Positions 17,799-26,784 of a DNA stretch of 64,000 bases are shown here, one piece after another. Origin of the DNA: Rhodobacterales bacterium. GTDB taxonomy: Bacteria; Pseudomonadota; Alphaproteobacteria; Rhodobacterales; Rhodobacteraceae. The position numbers were made by a program, and so were the translations under genes. Location of the stretch: positions 515 to 64,514 of the forward strand of contig QIGK01000093.1 in NCBI GenBank assembly GCA_003228875.1. Direction: 5' to 3'. Positions within the stretch are counted from its first letter, which is position 1. The number at the start of each line of letters is the position of its first letter. Under the pieces are notes generated by a model. That model was not told the DNA's origin, made no database searches, and worked only from the letters and a program-made list of their open reading frames with translations.

Positions 17799-18488
17799 TT
17801 AATCCTCTAATTCGGCGGATTTGGCACCCGCTTCTTTTACGTCGTCTTCAGCTTCGTGGGACACGATCAGCGTGTCGCGGTTGCCATTACTTAGGTGAAT
17901 AAAGGCCTGCACCAGCCGATATAACAGCAAGGTAAACCCGATCGGCAGAATAACATATGGGATAAACCGGGGCAGTTTATTGTATCTTTCACCCTCGTTC
18001 ATAACCGGCTCGATAAAGCGCAGCCATTCGGGCATTGGCAGGCGGTCCATTTCATACCAACCACGAAAATTGGTGATTTTCATTTCCTGTAATCCGGTCG
18101 GAAACCATTGACCGGTGGTGGCGGGCAGGTTGGCAAAATTGGCGTAATAATCATAGCTGCCCTTAAGCAGCAAAAGTGCATAAATTATGGAAATAACAGT
18201 GGCCAGCAGCGCCATTCGGCGGCGGCCCTTAGTGGCAAACAGGTTGATCACGGAATCGACCCCGAGATGGGCGGTGATTTTAATACAATAGGCGATGCCG
18301 AATAAGACCAGCCATGAAAATAGCACACTTACGGCTTCCAGCCCCCAGATCAATCCGCCGTTGAATCCGTAACGCAACACAACATTGGTAAAGGTAATCA
18401 TGGTCATAGCGCCCAAAATCAGCGCGATTGCGGTTTCTTCAAGCTTGTCGGTAAACCGCCCAAAGTTGTTGCTGTTATAATGTGACAT
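17799..18488 (-). CDS. dctQ: TRAP transporter small permease subunit
   Basis: 229 aa with four TM helices, positioned between dctP and dctM. Confidence 0.87.
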   Translation of the reverse strand: MSHYNSNNFGRFTDKLEETAIALILGAMTMITFTNVVLRYGFNGGLIWGLEAVSVLFSWLVLFGIAYCIKITAHLGVDSVINLFATKGRRRMALLATVISIIYALLLLKGSYDYYANFANLPATTGQWFPTGLQEMKITNFRGWYEMDRLPMPEWLRFIEPVMNEGERYNKLPRFIPYVILPIGFTLLLYRLVQAFIHLSNGNRDTLIVSHEAEDDVKEAGAKSAELED

Positions 18489-18539
18489 ACCGGTTCCCCA
18501 AAAGAAATCCGGCCCCTGATGCGGGGCCGGAAAGTGGTT

Positions 18540-19547
18540 TTATTGGCTGGCGTTGATCGCCTGCGCTGCGGCGATATTTTCCGCGCCAACATCGCTTTCA
18601 AACTGTGCCCAAACCGGCATCATCGCATCAACCCATGCCTGACGCTGTTCAGCATTCAGAGAGCGCACAACACCACCAGCGTCAATAACCAGCTGTTTTG
18701 CAGCTTCGTTAACGGCAAAGGCTTCTGCGTTGCGGGTTAAGGTTACTTCTTCCAGAATGGTCAGAAACTGGTCACGAACCGCTGGGTCCAACCCGTCGAG
18801 CCACTCGGTCGAGGTCACAACAAGATAGTCAATGATACCGTGGTTGGTTTCGGTTGTGCCATCCTGCACTTCAAAGAACTTCTTGCCATAAATATTTGAC
18901 CAAGTGTTTTCTTGTCCGTCAACAACGCCGGTTTGCAAAGCGCCATAAACCTCGGCAAATGCCATTGGCTGCGGGCTGGCACCAAGCGCTTCCATTTGGG
19001 CAACCAGCACATCAGAAGTTTGCACCCGGAATTTCAGGCCCTCAGCATCGGTTGGCAAAATAAGCGGCACATTGGCCGAGAAGTTTTTCATGCCGTTATG
19101 CCAGAACTCCAGCCCCATCAAGCCGCGCCGTGCCATGGATGCTTTCATTGCTTCGCCGGTTTCGGAGTTTTGGAACTCATCCACAGCTGCCATGTTATTA
19201 AACATAAACGGCAAGTCAAAAATGCGGAATTGCAGGGTAAAGGCTTCGAATTTTGACAGGCTTGGCGCGGCCAATTGAACATCGCCTTGCAGCATGGCTT
19301 CAAGCACCTGATTGTCATTATAAAGCGTTGAATTCGGGAAAACCTGCATACAGGCAATACCGTTCATTTCGGTATTGATCCGTTCAGCCAGCAAAGTGGC
19401 AGCAATGCCTTTGGGGTGACGGTCAGAGTTGGTGACGTGGGCAAATTTGATAACAATCTCGCCTTCGTCACAGGCTTCTTGTGCAAATGCGGCTGTTGCC
19501 GAAATTGTGGTCGCCGCGACAAGCGCAGCAGATGTTAATAAACGCAT
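18540..19547 (-). CDS. dctP: TRAP transporter solute-binding protein, DctP family (C4-dicarboxylate type)
   Basis: 335 aa with a signal peptide. IKFAHVTNSDRHPKG, FRIFDLPFMF and TNHGIIDYLV motifs of DctP. Confidence 0.93.
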   Translation of the reverse strand: MRLLTSAALVAATTISATAAFAQEACDEGEIVIKFAHVTNSDRHPKGIAATLLAERINTEMNGIACMQVFPNSTLYNDNQVLEAMLQGDVQLAAPSLSKFEAFTLQFRIFDLPFMFNNMAAVDEFQNSETGEAMKASMARRGLMGLEFWHNGMKNFSANVPLILPTDAEGLKFRVQTSDVLVAQMEALGASPQPMAFAEVYGALQTGVVDGQENTWSNIYGKKFFEVQDGTTETNHGIIDYLVVTSTEWLDGLDPAVRDQFLTILEEVTLTRNAEAFAVNEAAKQLVIDAGGVVRSLNAEQRQAWVDAMMPVWAQFESDVGAENIAAAQAINASQ

Positions 19548-19710
19548 GATGTTCCTCCCAGAACTTATTGGCCACTGGTTCTGTGGCGCTGCGTCTATTC
19601 AAGCAGGGATTCTTATAAAGCAAAGGGAAAATTGCTAAAATCCGGGGATGTCAATAAAGGCTTTGTTTTTAATTGGTTAAAGAAGCCAAAGAAAAAATAT
19701 TGCGCGGAGC

Positions 19711-19728
19711 TGTGCGGAAATCCGCACA
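19711..19728. promoter_or_regulatory. Perfect inverted repeat TGTGCGGA-AA-TCCGCACA, candidate DctD binding site (enhancer/operator) for dctP
   Basis: 18-bp dyad 164-181 bp upstream of the dctP start and 33 bp downstream of the dctD stop. A related half-site TGCGCGGA lies at 19701-19708. Confidence 0.4.
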
Positions 19729-19760
19729 AAATTAGGGGCTGACAGCAAAAAATTTTGGCT

Positions 19761-21038
19761 TTATCGAAAGTCGGCGGGCTTTATATTTAGCCGTTTCATA
19801 CGGTCATAAAGCGTTTTACGCGGGATTTTAAGCGCGTTGCAGACCTCGGTCATGCGGCTGGCATGGTTTTGCAAAGCCTGTTCAATCAGGCGTGTTTCAA
19901 CCCGATCCATGGCCAAAGATAACCCGATAGTTTCCGCAGACCTTTCGAATTCGTTCATACCGATGGCCATGCGTCGTGCAAGGTTTCTAAGCTCTCTCAT
20001 ATTTCCGGGCCAGGGCTTTGTCACAAGCTCCGCCAAGGAAAACCTGTCAGCCGAGGGTATTCCATTGTCGGATTCCAACAGCAAAAAATGGTTCATTAAA
20101 ATGCCGATGTCTTCGGGGCGTTCGCGCAATGGCGGAATAAATATCCGCGCAACGTCAAGCCGGAAAAATAAGTCATCACGAAACAAGCCTTGGCTGACCA
20201 TCATTGGCAAATCCTGTTGCGAGGCTGCCAAAACCCGGATTTTGAGCTGTTGGTTTGGCCCTGAGGGCAATTCAAGTTGCCGGTCGTCCAGAATGCGCAG
20301 CAGGCTGACTTGTTGATCCAGCGGCATAGCACCGATTTCATCCAAAAATAGGGTGCCACCATCAGCACGGGCAAACGCGCCTTTTCGTGATCCGTCGCCA
20401 AACAAAACCGACTGGGTCTGACCTTGGGTCAACATGCGGCAATTAATGGCGATAAACGGCGATTTTGGTTTCGAAAGTTGATGAATGACCCGCGCGGCCA
20501 GTTCTTTGCCGACGCCGGTTTCGCCTGAAATCAACGCATCAGAGCCAGAACTGGCAACAACCCGCAACTGTCTTCGCAGGTTTTGGGCAATTTCCGATTG
20601 CCCGATGATCAGGCGCTCGGCAGCGTCTTCACGGGCCAGTTGTGCTTTCATGCTCCGATTTTCAATCAGCGTTACTCGCAGCGCGCAGGCTTGGCCAACA
20701 ACATCAGCCAGCCGTTGCCGCGAGACCGGTTTTTCCAGAAAATTCAAAGCGCCTTGTTCCATAGCCCGCACCGCAGAAGGCACATCGCCTTGTCCGGTTA
20801 ACAAAATCACAGGCAATTCGGGGTCAATCTGTTTGCAGCGCTGCAATAATGCAAAACCGTCTTTGCCGGGCATCCGAACATCACTTAACACCACGCCGTT
20901 AAATTCTGCTGAGATATGGTCGGTTGCTTCAATAAACGAGGCTGCTGAAATCACGCTAAAACCTGCCAGTTCCAAGCTTTGGCACAGGGCTTCCCGAACC
21001 GGTTTATCATCATCAACCAGCAACACTTTTTTGGTCAT
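19761..21038 (-). CDS. dctD: NtrC-family response regulator DctD-like (receiver, AAA+, Fis-type HTH) lacking the GAFTGA loop
   Basis: 425 aa. Receiver LSDVRMPGKDG, Walker A GETGVGKE, GGTLFLDEIG, PPLRERPEDI, and HTH at the C terminus. The stretch where GAFTGA is expected reads KGAFARADGG. Confidence 0.9.
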   Translation of the reverse strand: MTKKVLLVDDDKPVREALCQSLELAGFSVISAASFIEATDHISAEFNGVVLSDVRMPGKDGFALLQRCKQIDPELPVILLTGQGDVPSAVRAMEQGALNFLEKPVSRQRLADVVGQACALRVTLIENRSMKAQLAREDAAERLIIGQSEIAQNLRRQLRVVASSGSDALISGETGVGKELAARVIHQLSKPKSPFIAINCRMLTQGQTQSVLFGDGSRKGAFARADGGTLFLDEIGAMPLDQQVSLLRILDDRQLELPSGPNQQLKIRVLAASQQDLPMMVSQGLFRDDLFFRLDVARIFIPPLRERPEDIGILMNHFLLLESDNGIPSADRFSLAELVTKPWPGNMRELRNLARRMAIGMNEFERSAETIGLSLAMDRVETRLIEQALQNHASRMTEVCNALKIPRKTLYDRMKRLNIKPADFR

Positions 21039-22810
21039 GTTGGCGTCTTTTCGAGAATTGATGCATCAAGGCGCACCGTAAAAATCGCCCCGCCTTGCGG
21101 GTGGTTTTGGCCTGATATATTGCCACCAAAGCTTTGCACAATGCCATATGAAATTGACAGGCCCAGCCCCATGCCTTGTGGATGATTGACGCTTTTGGTG
21201 GTGTAAAACGGGTCAAATATCTTTTCCGGTGTTTCCAGCCCCGGGCCGCTGTCATGCACAACCAGCAAAACCGAACTGCTTTCTGACCTGATCTGAATAT
21301 TAATGGTTTTTTGAACCATACCTTCCATTGCATCAATGGCGTTGGAAACCAGATTAAGCAAAACCTGCTGCAAACGCACCGGCCCGCCCCGCACCATGAT
21401 GTCATTTTTGGGTCTAAGCCAATGAACGGTTACATTGCCTTTGCTAATGCTGGTTCGGGCGATTTCCAATGTGTCATCGACCACCTGACACAGGTTCACG
21501 TCAATGGCGACCTCGCCTTCTTTTCTAGCGAAACTGCGCAAGTTCTTAATGATCCGCGACATTCGGCCAGTCAGCACTGCAATTCGGACCAGATTGTCTT
21601 TGGTTTGGGAAATCTGCCCTCGCTCCAGCAATATTGTTGCATTTTCGGAAAATGACTGAATGGCCGACAACGGTTGGTTCAATTCGTGGCTGATGCCCGC
21701 CGACATTTCGCCAAGCGCGGCCAGCTTGCCTGCTTGAACCAGATCATGCTGGGCTTGTTGCAAAGAAAGATTGGCATCGCTTAACTGCGCGGTGCGTTGT
21801 TGGACCCGTTGTTCCAGTTCTGCGTTGGCGTCTTTGCGAATAACCAGTTGATCAGCCAGTGCCTGACGGCGCATTTGCAAAGACCATAGCAGCATCACAA
21901 ACATCGCCAGCAAAGCCGCGCTTAATAACGCCCGCGATTTGGCAAGCGTCGCAACTGGTGCCATATTCACCAAAATATGGGCATCCAATCCGATCACCGG
22001 CAATGGCTGGTCAATCAAAAGCGCGGTGCCTTGAACCCCAGTGACACCAGACAAATCCCAAAATGTTCGACCAAACCTTACGGTTTCTTGCGGGTCCGGC
22101 AATTTCTGAAGCTGGTCGCTAGTATATCTGTTTTGATAAAGTTCTGCGATGGTATTTGCGGTTGGGTTGCCCAGAACCCGCAATATCAGGCTGTCACGGT
22201 TGGTCACAAAAATGACGTTGTTCTGGTCACTGAAAAAAATAGTTTCAGAGTCGCCGCGCCAGTGAAATTCCAGCGCTTCAAGATCGTTGTTGATGATCAA
22301 CGCACCCAAAATTTCGCCTGTGTTATTTCTGATGGCACTGGCAAACATAAAACCACGCGGCGAGCTTTCCTGTTGTTGTGCATGGTAAAATCCCAATGCT
22401 CCGTTCATGGCGCGCAGAAAATCTGGTCGCTCGGCAACTGATTTCGGGATAAATGTTTTGCCTTCTAGCCGCAAGGAACCGGCAACGATATTGCCATTGG
22501 CATCCGCCAATAAAATATGTTGGGCCCCGATCATATCCGCCAATGATTGCAACCGCTCCGTCAAGGCGGCACCGATATTGCCACGCTGCAAGGCCGAAAC
22601 AAAAATATCGTCTCTGGCCAATGCAACTGGCAAAATCCGATACCGTTCCAACAAGCCGACCAATCGGTCCGAAGCCAAGGAAAGGCTGGCGCTGCCTTGG
22701 CGTTCAAGCTGGCCAAGGGCGTTGACATACGACCAGCGCCAAACCCCAAAGATCACCAGAGCGAAGCACAGGCCCGTAAAAAGCAGAATTCCGGTTTGGC
22801 GCAGACGCAT
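21035..22810 (-). CDS. dctB: Sensor histidine kinase DctB-like
   Basis: 591 aa. Two TM segments flank a periplasmic sensor domain. H-box SAGISHELNQPL, N-box LLNLVSNAIDA, and G-boxes DSGPG and GMGLGLSIS. Overlaps dctD by 4 nt. Confidence 0.88.
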   Translation of the reverse strand: MRLRQTGILLFTGLCFALVIFGVWRWSYVNALGQLERQGSASLSLASDRLVGLLERYRILPVALARDDIFVSALQRGNIGAALTERLQSLADMIGAQHILLADANGNIVAGSLRLEGKTFIPKSVAERPDFLRAMNGALGFYHAQQQESSPRGFMFASAIRNNTGEILGALIINNDLEALEFHWRGDSETIFFSDQNNVIFVTNRDSLILRVLGNPTANTIAELYQNRYTSDQLQKLPDPQETVRFGRTFWDLSGVTGVQGTALLIDQPLPVIGLDAHILVNMAPVATLAKSRALLSAALLAMFVMLLWSLQMRRQALADQLVIRKDANAELEQRVQQRTAQLSDANLSLQQAQHDLVQAGKLAALGEMSAGISHELNQPLSAIQSFSENATILLERGQISQTKDNLVRIAVLTGRMSRIIKNLRSFARKEGEVAIDVNLCQVVDDTLEIARTSISKGNVTVHWLRPKNDIMVRGGPVRLQQVLLNLVSNAIDAMEGMVQKTINIQIRSESSSVLLVVHDSGPGLETPEKIFDPFYTTKSVNHPQGMGLGLSISYGIVQSFGGNISGQNHPQGGAIFTVRLDASILEKTPT

Positions 22811-22879
22811 TTTATACCCGATTAAAGAGCCTGTAGCGTAAATGCACCTTTTGAGTTTCGCAATGGGGCGATAGCTGGT

Positions 22880-25363
22880 TCAGGTATTCTCCGGCAATTT
22901 TACGCTATGGTGTTTTTCGAAATGGGTGTCGATTTGAGCAAAAAGAGCCTCAGGCCTGTTGGAAATAATGGCGCCGTTTTTGGCCTTCTTAACTGCCTCG
23001 GCCTGCGCGCCAAGATCAAATGCGAAAACCGGCAAACCGGTTTGCAAAGCCTCATGGGTCGTATAGGAGAAAGTTTCGGGCCAAATAGACGGAATTAACC
23101 AGCAATTAATGCCGTTGGCCTTGGCAATTTTGGCCAGATTCTCAACTGAATAAGGGCCTGTTTCGGCGATGTCAGGGTGTTTGAAATGTGGGTTCATTTT
23201 ACCAACAACAATGATCCGGCCCGAATTTTTATTGGCAAGGGCCGCTTTTTGAATAAATTCTGCGCCTTTGTTCAGGCCGATATTGCCCAATACGCCTATC
23301 ACCGGTTTAACATATTTTGGCGCGTGCATGGCCTGCGGTTTGATGGGTAAATCATGGGGTATGACCACTATTTTTGCAGTATGTTGTGGATAGGCTTTTG
23401 CAAAAATAGCCTTGCTGGAATTGGAGAATGCTTCGATACGGGTGGCAAAACCAAGAATTGTATGCCAGTTTTCCCGCCACTGGTCGATGCTTTCGGGTGA
23501 CGCCGCCATTGCGTTGGCATTGTTTTTGTAACAGGTGTTGCATATTTCAACGCTTGGCAAATTGCAAAAACCGCCCTTTACATCAATCAGATTATAAGAC
23601 GGACAAATCGGGAAAAAATCATGGAGCTGGAGGCAAAAGCTATCGTGCTTCGGGTCGATAATATCGCATATTTCATCTATAAATTTTAAGGGCTCGCGAT
23701 AACTGACAAGGCAGGCATAGAAAAATTCCCGCGCTCGGATCGGGGCCAAAAGCCGTTTTATTTCTGCTATATCAGTCACGATACTTGACAAAACGCCCGC
23801 CTCGGTATGGATTTCAATGCCATAATTTTTTGAAGAGATTTGATCGCGAATAACAATGACTGCCTGCGCTTTTTTATGTTCCTTACGAATGCGGTTTTTC
23901 AAATAGGTTTCGGTGCCACCGCCTTTGTTATGGGTCAGAAAAATCGGCACTGGCTGGCCAATGTCAATGCTGGGAAAAGCCAAAGCAAACCGGGTTGATT
24001 TAATTGGATCAGAGGCGGCAAACTGTTGGACCAGCTGGTCAAAGCGCGGATAAAGCCGCGAGATTACAGCATTATTTTTTGCCAGTCTTCGCTGTTTTTC
24101 AGAACCAAAGGATTCACCGCCTTTATGATGCACAAACAGGTTTGTAACCGCCAGATGCGCGCCGCCAAGGGCGCGGGTTTTTTGGCACCAGTCGACCTCC
24201 TCGCCATATCCTTTGCCAAATCGACGGTCCAACTGGGGGATTTTTTGCAAAAAGCGTTTGTTCATGGCCATGCAAAACCCGATACCGGTCGGGATTTCGA
24301 TGCTGCTCTGGCTGCTGTTCAAGGTTTGGGCAATCGCGTCAATCCGATCAACCGCGCCATCACCTAGCGGGTTTTCTTTGCACAAGACCGGCAATGATAG
24401 GATTTCGGCGTTGTTTGACAAAGGCGTGGTGCTGGCCACGTTTTGGTCCAGAAAAATGGGCTGCATCAAACGCGAAAGCCATCCCCGCGGCACAAACGCA
24501 TCAGAATTGAGCAGCACCACATGGCGATCACCAGCGGCACGCAACCCGCAATTGACCGACCCGATAAAACCAAGATTTTCCGAATTTTCCAGCAATGTGA
24601 CCAAGGAACCACAGTTTTTGGCCCATTTGCGTAACCACGGCCTGATGGCAGCATCGCTGGAACAGTCTTCGATCAGGATCAAATGATAGGGCGCATCGGT
24701 ATGGGTTAACACCCTCGTCAGACATTCTTTCAACAATTCAAAGGAATTGAATATTGGTAAGATGATGGCGGTTTCGGTTTGACCCGCTGGAATATTCTGG
24801 TTTGGGTTTAGGTCAAATATTGACATATCAAAGCTTTGCGCCATGCTATCAAAAGATTGCGGTAGCAGTTTCTTTTCAAGAATACCGGCGGCGCGACGAT
24901 CCCCCAAAAGTAAAAACTTAAGCACGGTCAACGGGTGCTGGAAAACAAGTTTTGGCAAAAATGCAAAAGCCACCGCAGCCGCAAGAATTTTTTCCGAAGG
25001 CCGGAACAACGAGATTTTTTGTCGGGGCAGATGATTGTTTGCGCCAACAGGCCGGACATAAAGCCACTGTTCAGCAGGCATTAGTATATCGAAGCCAGGA
25101 TTGGCTGTTGGCCTGTGGCGATGGGCCGTGGCCACATCCTCGCGCGGCAGGGTTCTTTCTAGCGGAGTAATAATGCCATTATTGATCGTTTCCAGATCAG
25201 GGCCAAGATACCAGCCCTGAACCCGCATCTGGCCAGAATCCGGCTGGACGGCTTCAATAAAGCCGGTGATTTGACTGGCAAAGCCAATGGCAGGGCCAGT
25301 TCGTTTCAGACAGGTTTTATATCTGGATTTAACGGTCACAATCGTTTCGCGAAATTGCTTCAT
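22880..25363 (-). CDS. Large bifunctional glycosyltransferase (GT2 domain plus C-terminal GT1/GT4-like domain)
   Basis: 827 aa.
- GT2 core: AIILPIFNSFELLKECL...LILIEDCSSD...NLGFIGSVNCG...LLNSDAF.
- C-terminal Rossmann GT: GVLGNIGLNKGAEF...ETFSYTTHEALQTGLPVFAFDLGA. Confidence 0.85.
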   Translation of the reverse strand: MKQFRETIVTVKSRYKTCLKRTGPAIGFASQITGFIEAVQPDSGQMRVQGWYLGPDLETINNGIITPLERTLPREDVATAHRHRPTANPGFDILMPAEQWLYVRPVGANNHLPRQKISLFRPSEKILAAAVAFAFLPKLVFQHPLTVLKFLLLGDRRAAGILEKKLLPQSFDSMAQSFDMSIFDLNPNQNIPAGQTETAIILPIFNSFELLKECLTRVLTHTDAPYHLILIEDCSSDAAIRPWLRKWAKNCGSLVTLLENSENLGFIGSVNCGLRAAGDRHVVLLNSDAFVPRGWLSRLMQPIFLDQNVASTTPLSNNAEILSLPVLCKENPLGDGAVDRIDAIAQTLNSSQSSIEIPTGIGFCMAMNKRFLQKIPQLDRRFGKGYGEEVDWCQKTRALGGAHLAVTNLFVHHKGGESFGSEKQRRLAKNNAVISRLYPRFDQLVQQFAASDPIKSTRFALAFPSIDIGQPVPIFLTHNKGGGTETYLKNRIRKEHKKAQAVIVIRDQISSKNYGIEIHTEAGVLSSIVTDIAEIKRLLAPIRAREFFYACLVSYREPLKFIDEICDIIDPKHDSFCLQLHDFFPICPSYNLIDVKGGFCNLPSVEICNTCYKNNANAMAASPESIDQWRENWHTILGFATRIEAFSNSSKAIFAKAYPQHTAKIVVIPHDLPIKPQAMHAPKYVKPVIGVLGNIGLNKGAEFIQKAALANKNSGRIIVVGKMNPHFKHPDIAETGPYSVENLAKIAKANGINCWLIPSIWPETFSYTTHEALQTGLPVFAFDLGAQAEAVKKAKNGAIISNRPEALFAQIDTHFEKHHSVKLPENT

Positions 25364-25543
25364 TCCATTTGCCCGATGCGTTTTGCCAGATGAAAGGGAG
25401 CTTTTTTATTCAGGCCGCCCAAGCATTAACCTTTATGGCAATAACCTTAACAAAACCTTAGGTGAGCACTAATAATTACTGGTTGTTATTGGCGCTTCGT
25501 TGGGTATTAATCCGGTCTGGCATTTTTGGCGAAAGCGTCTTTC

Positions 25544-26740
25544 ATGAAAAGCAGACTTCCTGTTATTTTTATTATTATTACCGTGATGTTGGATTCCGCT
25601 GGAATCGGGCTGGTTATGCCGGTTTTGCCAAAGATGCTGCAATCCATCACCGGTGAGACCCTGTCGCAGACCTCCATCTGGATTGACCTTTTGGCTTTTA
25701 CCTATGCCAGCATGCAATTTTTGTTTGGGCCAACCATTGGCAATCTTTCTGATCGGTTCGGACGGCGGCCGGTGTTGTTGGCAGCGCTGGTTTTGATGGC
25801 GGGCAGCCATTTGGTATTTGGTTTGGCGCAGTCCATCTGGTTGTTATTTGTGGCGCGGGTGGTTTCAGGCATTACCGGAGCCACTTTTTCGACCGCCAAT
25901 GCTTATATGGCCGATATTACCCCACCTGAAAAACGCGCCGCCAGTTTCGGGCTGGTCGGCGCCGCATTTGGTCTTGGGTTTGTGATTGGTCCGGCACTTG
26001 GCGGGCTGCTTGGTGAATTGGGGCCAAGGGCACCTTTTTATGCAGCAGCAACAGTTGCCTTTTTGAATGCGGTCCTTGGGTATTTTGTGTTGCCCGAAAC
26101 GCTGGCAGTTGAAAAGCGCCGTAAATTTGAAATTGCGCGAACCAATCCATTTCGGGCAATTATGCGGCTTCGTAATGTGCCGGGAATTGGCGGCATGGTT
26201 GTGATCTTGTTTTTGTTTGGCGTGGCGCAAAATGTTTACCCTTCGGTCTGGGCAGTGTTCACCATGGAACGGTTTGCGTTTTCGACAGGTATGGTCGGGA
26301 TCAGCCTTGCCATATTTGGCTTGTGCATGGCACTGGTTCAGGGCGGGTTGATCCGGGTGGTTATTCCCCGGTTCGGCGAATGGAATGTGGCGCGGGCCGG
26401 TTTGATGATCAATGCAGTTATATTGATGATGGTTGTAATGATTTCCTCTCAGGTGATTTTGTTTATTCTTATGCCGGTGATGGCTTTGGGCATCATCGCC
26501 TCGCCTGCTTTGCAGGGCATTATGTCAAAAAGCGTTCCGGCAGATAAACAGGGCGAATTGCAGGGTGTCTTGGCATCTGTTCAGGGGTTGGCAATGGTTG
26601 TCAGCCCGTTGTTAATGACCTCGCTTTTTTGGGTATTTACCGCGGATTGGGCACCGGTTTACCTGCCCGGAGCGCCATTTTTTGCAGCAGGGCTGCTGAT
26701 GCTGGCGGCAGTCATTCTTTTGTCCAGAATGCGCAAATAA
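25544..26740 (+). CDS. MFS transporter, TCR/Tet (DHA1) family
   Basis: 398 aa from ATG 25544. LDSAGIGLVMPVLP and GNLSDRFGRRPVLL motif A. 12 TM segments. Confidence 0.88.
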   Translation: MKSRLPVIFIIITVMLDSAGIGLVMPVLPKMLQSITGETLSQTSIWIDLLAFTYASMQFLFGPTIGNLSDRFGRRPVLLAALVLMAGSHLVFGLAQSIWLLFVARVVSGITGATFSTANAYMADITPPEKRAASFGLVGAAFGLGFVIGPALGGLLGELGPRAPFYAAATVAFLNAVLGYFVLPETLAVEKRRKFEIARTNPFRAIMRLRNVPGIGGMVVILFLFGVAQNVYPSVWAVFTMERFAFSTGMVGISLAIFGLCMALVQGGLIRVVIPRFGEWNVARAGLMINAVILMMVVMISSQVILFILMPVMALGIIASPALQGIMSKSVPADKQGELQGVLASVQGLAMVVSPLLMTSLFWVFTADWAPVYLPGAPFFAAGLLMLAAVILLSRMRK

Positions 26741-26777
26741 AAAGGCCCGCACAAAGGCGGGCCAATTCAGTTTTTTG
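26738..26777. terminator. Bidirectional terminator between the convergent MFS and BMP genes
   Basis: AAAAA-GGCCCGC-acaaag-GCGGGCC-aattcag-TTTTTT. The A-run is directly adjacent to the stem, which gives an ideal minus-strand terminator. Confidence 0.7.
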
Positions 26778-26784
26778 TTATGGC

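Noticed and set aside
19558-19578. Sigma-54-like element TGGCCAATAAGTTCT on the minus strand upstream of dctP.
   Set aside because: The -12 GC dinucleotide is missing (TTCT instead of TTGC). The element ends about 20 nt from the ATG, so a transcript would lack the Shine-Dalgarno sequence.
25426-25461. Three copies of (T/A)AACCTT(T/A) spaced 15 and 11 nt apart, upstream of the Tet-like MFS gene.
   Set aside because: The motif is short and AT-rich, the spacing is irregular, and no regulator gene is adjacent. That is insufficient to call an operator, though it might be worth a motif search genome-wide.
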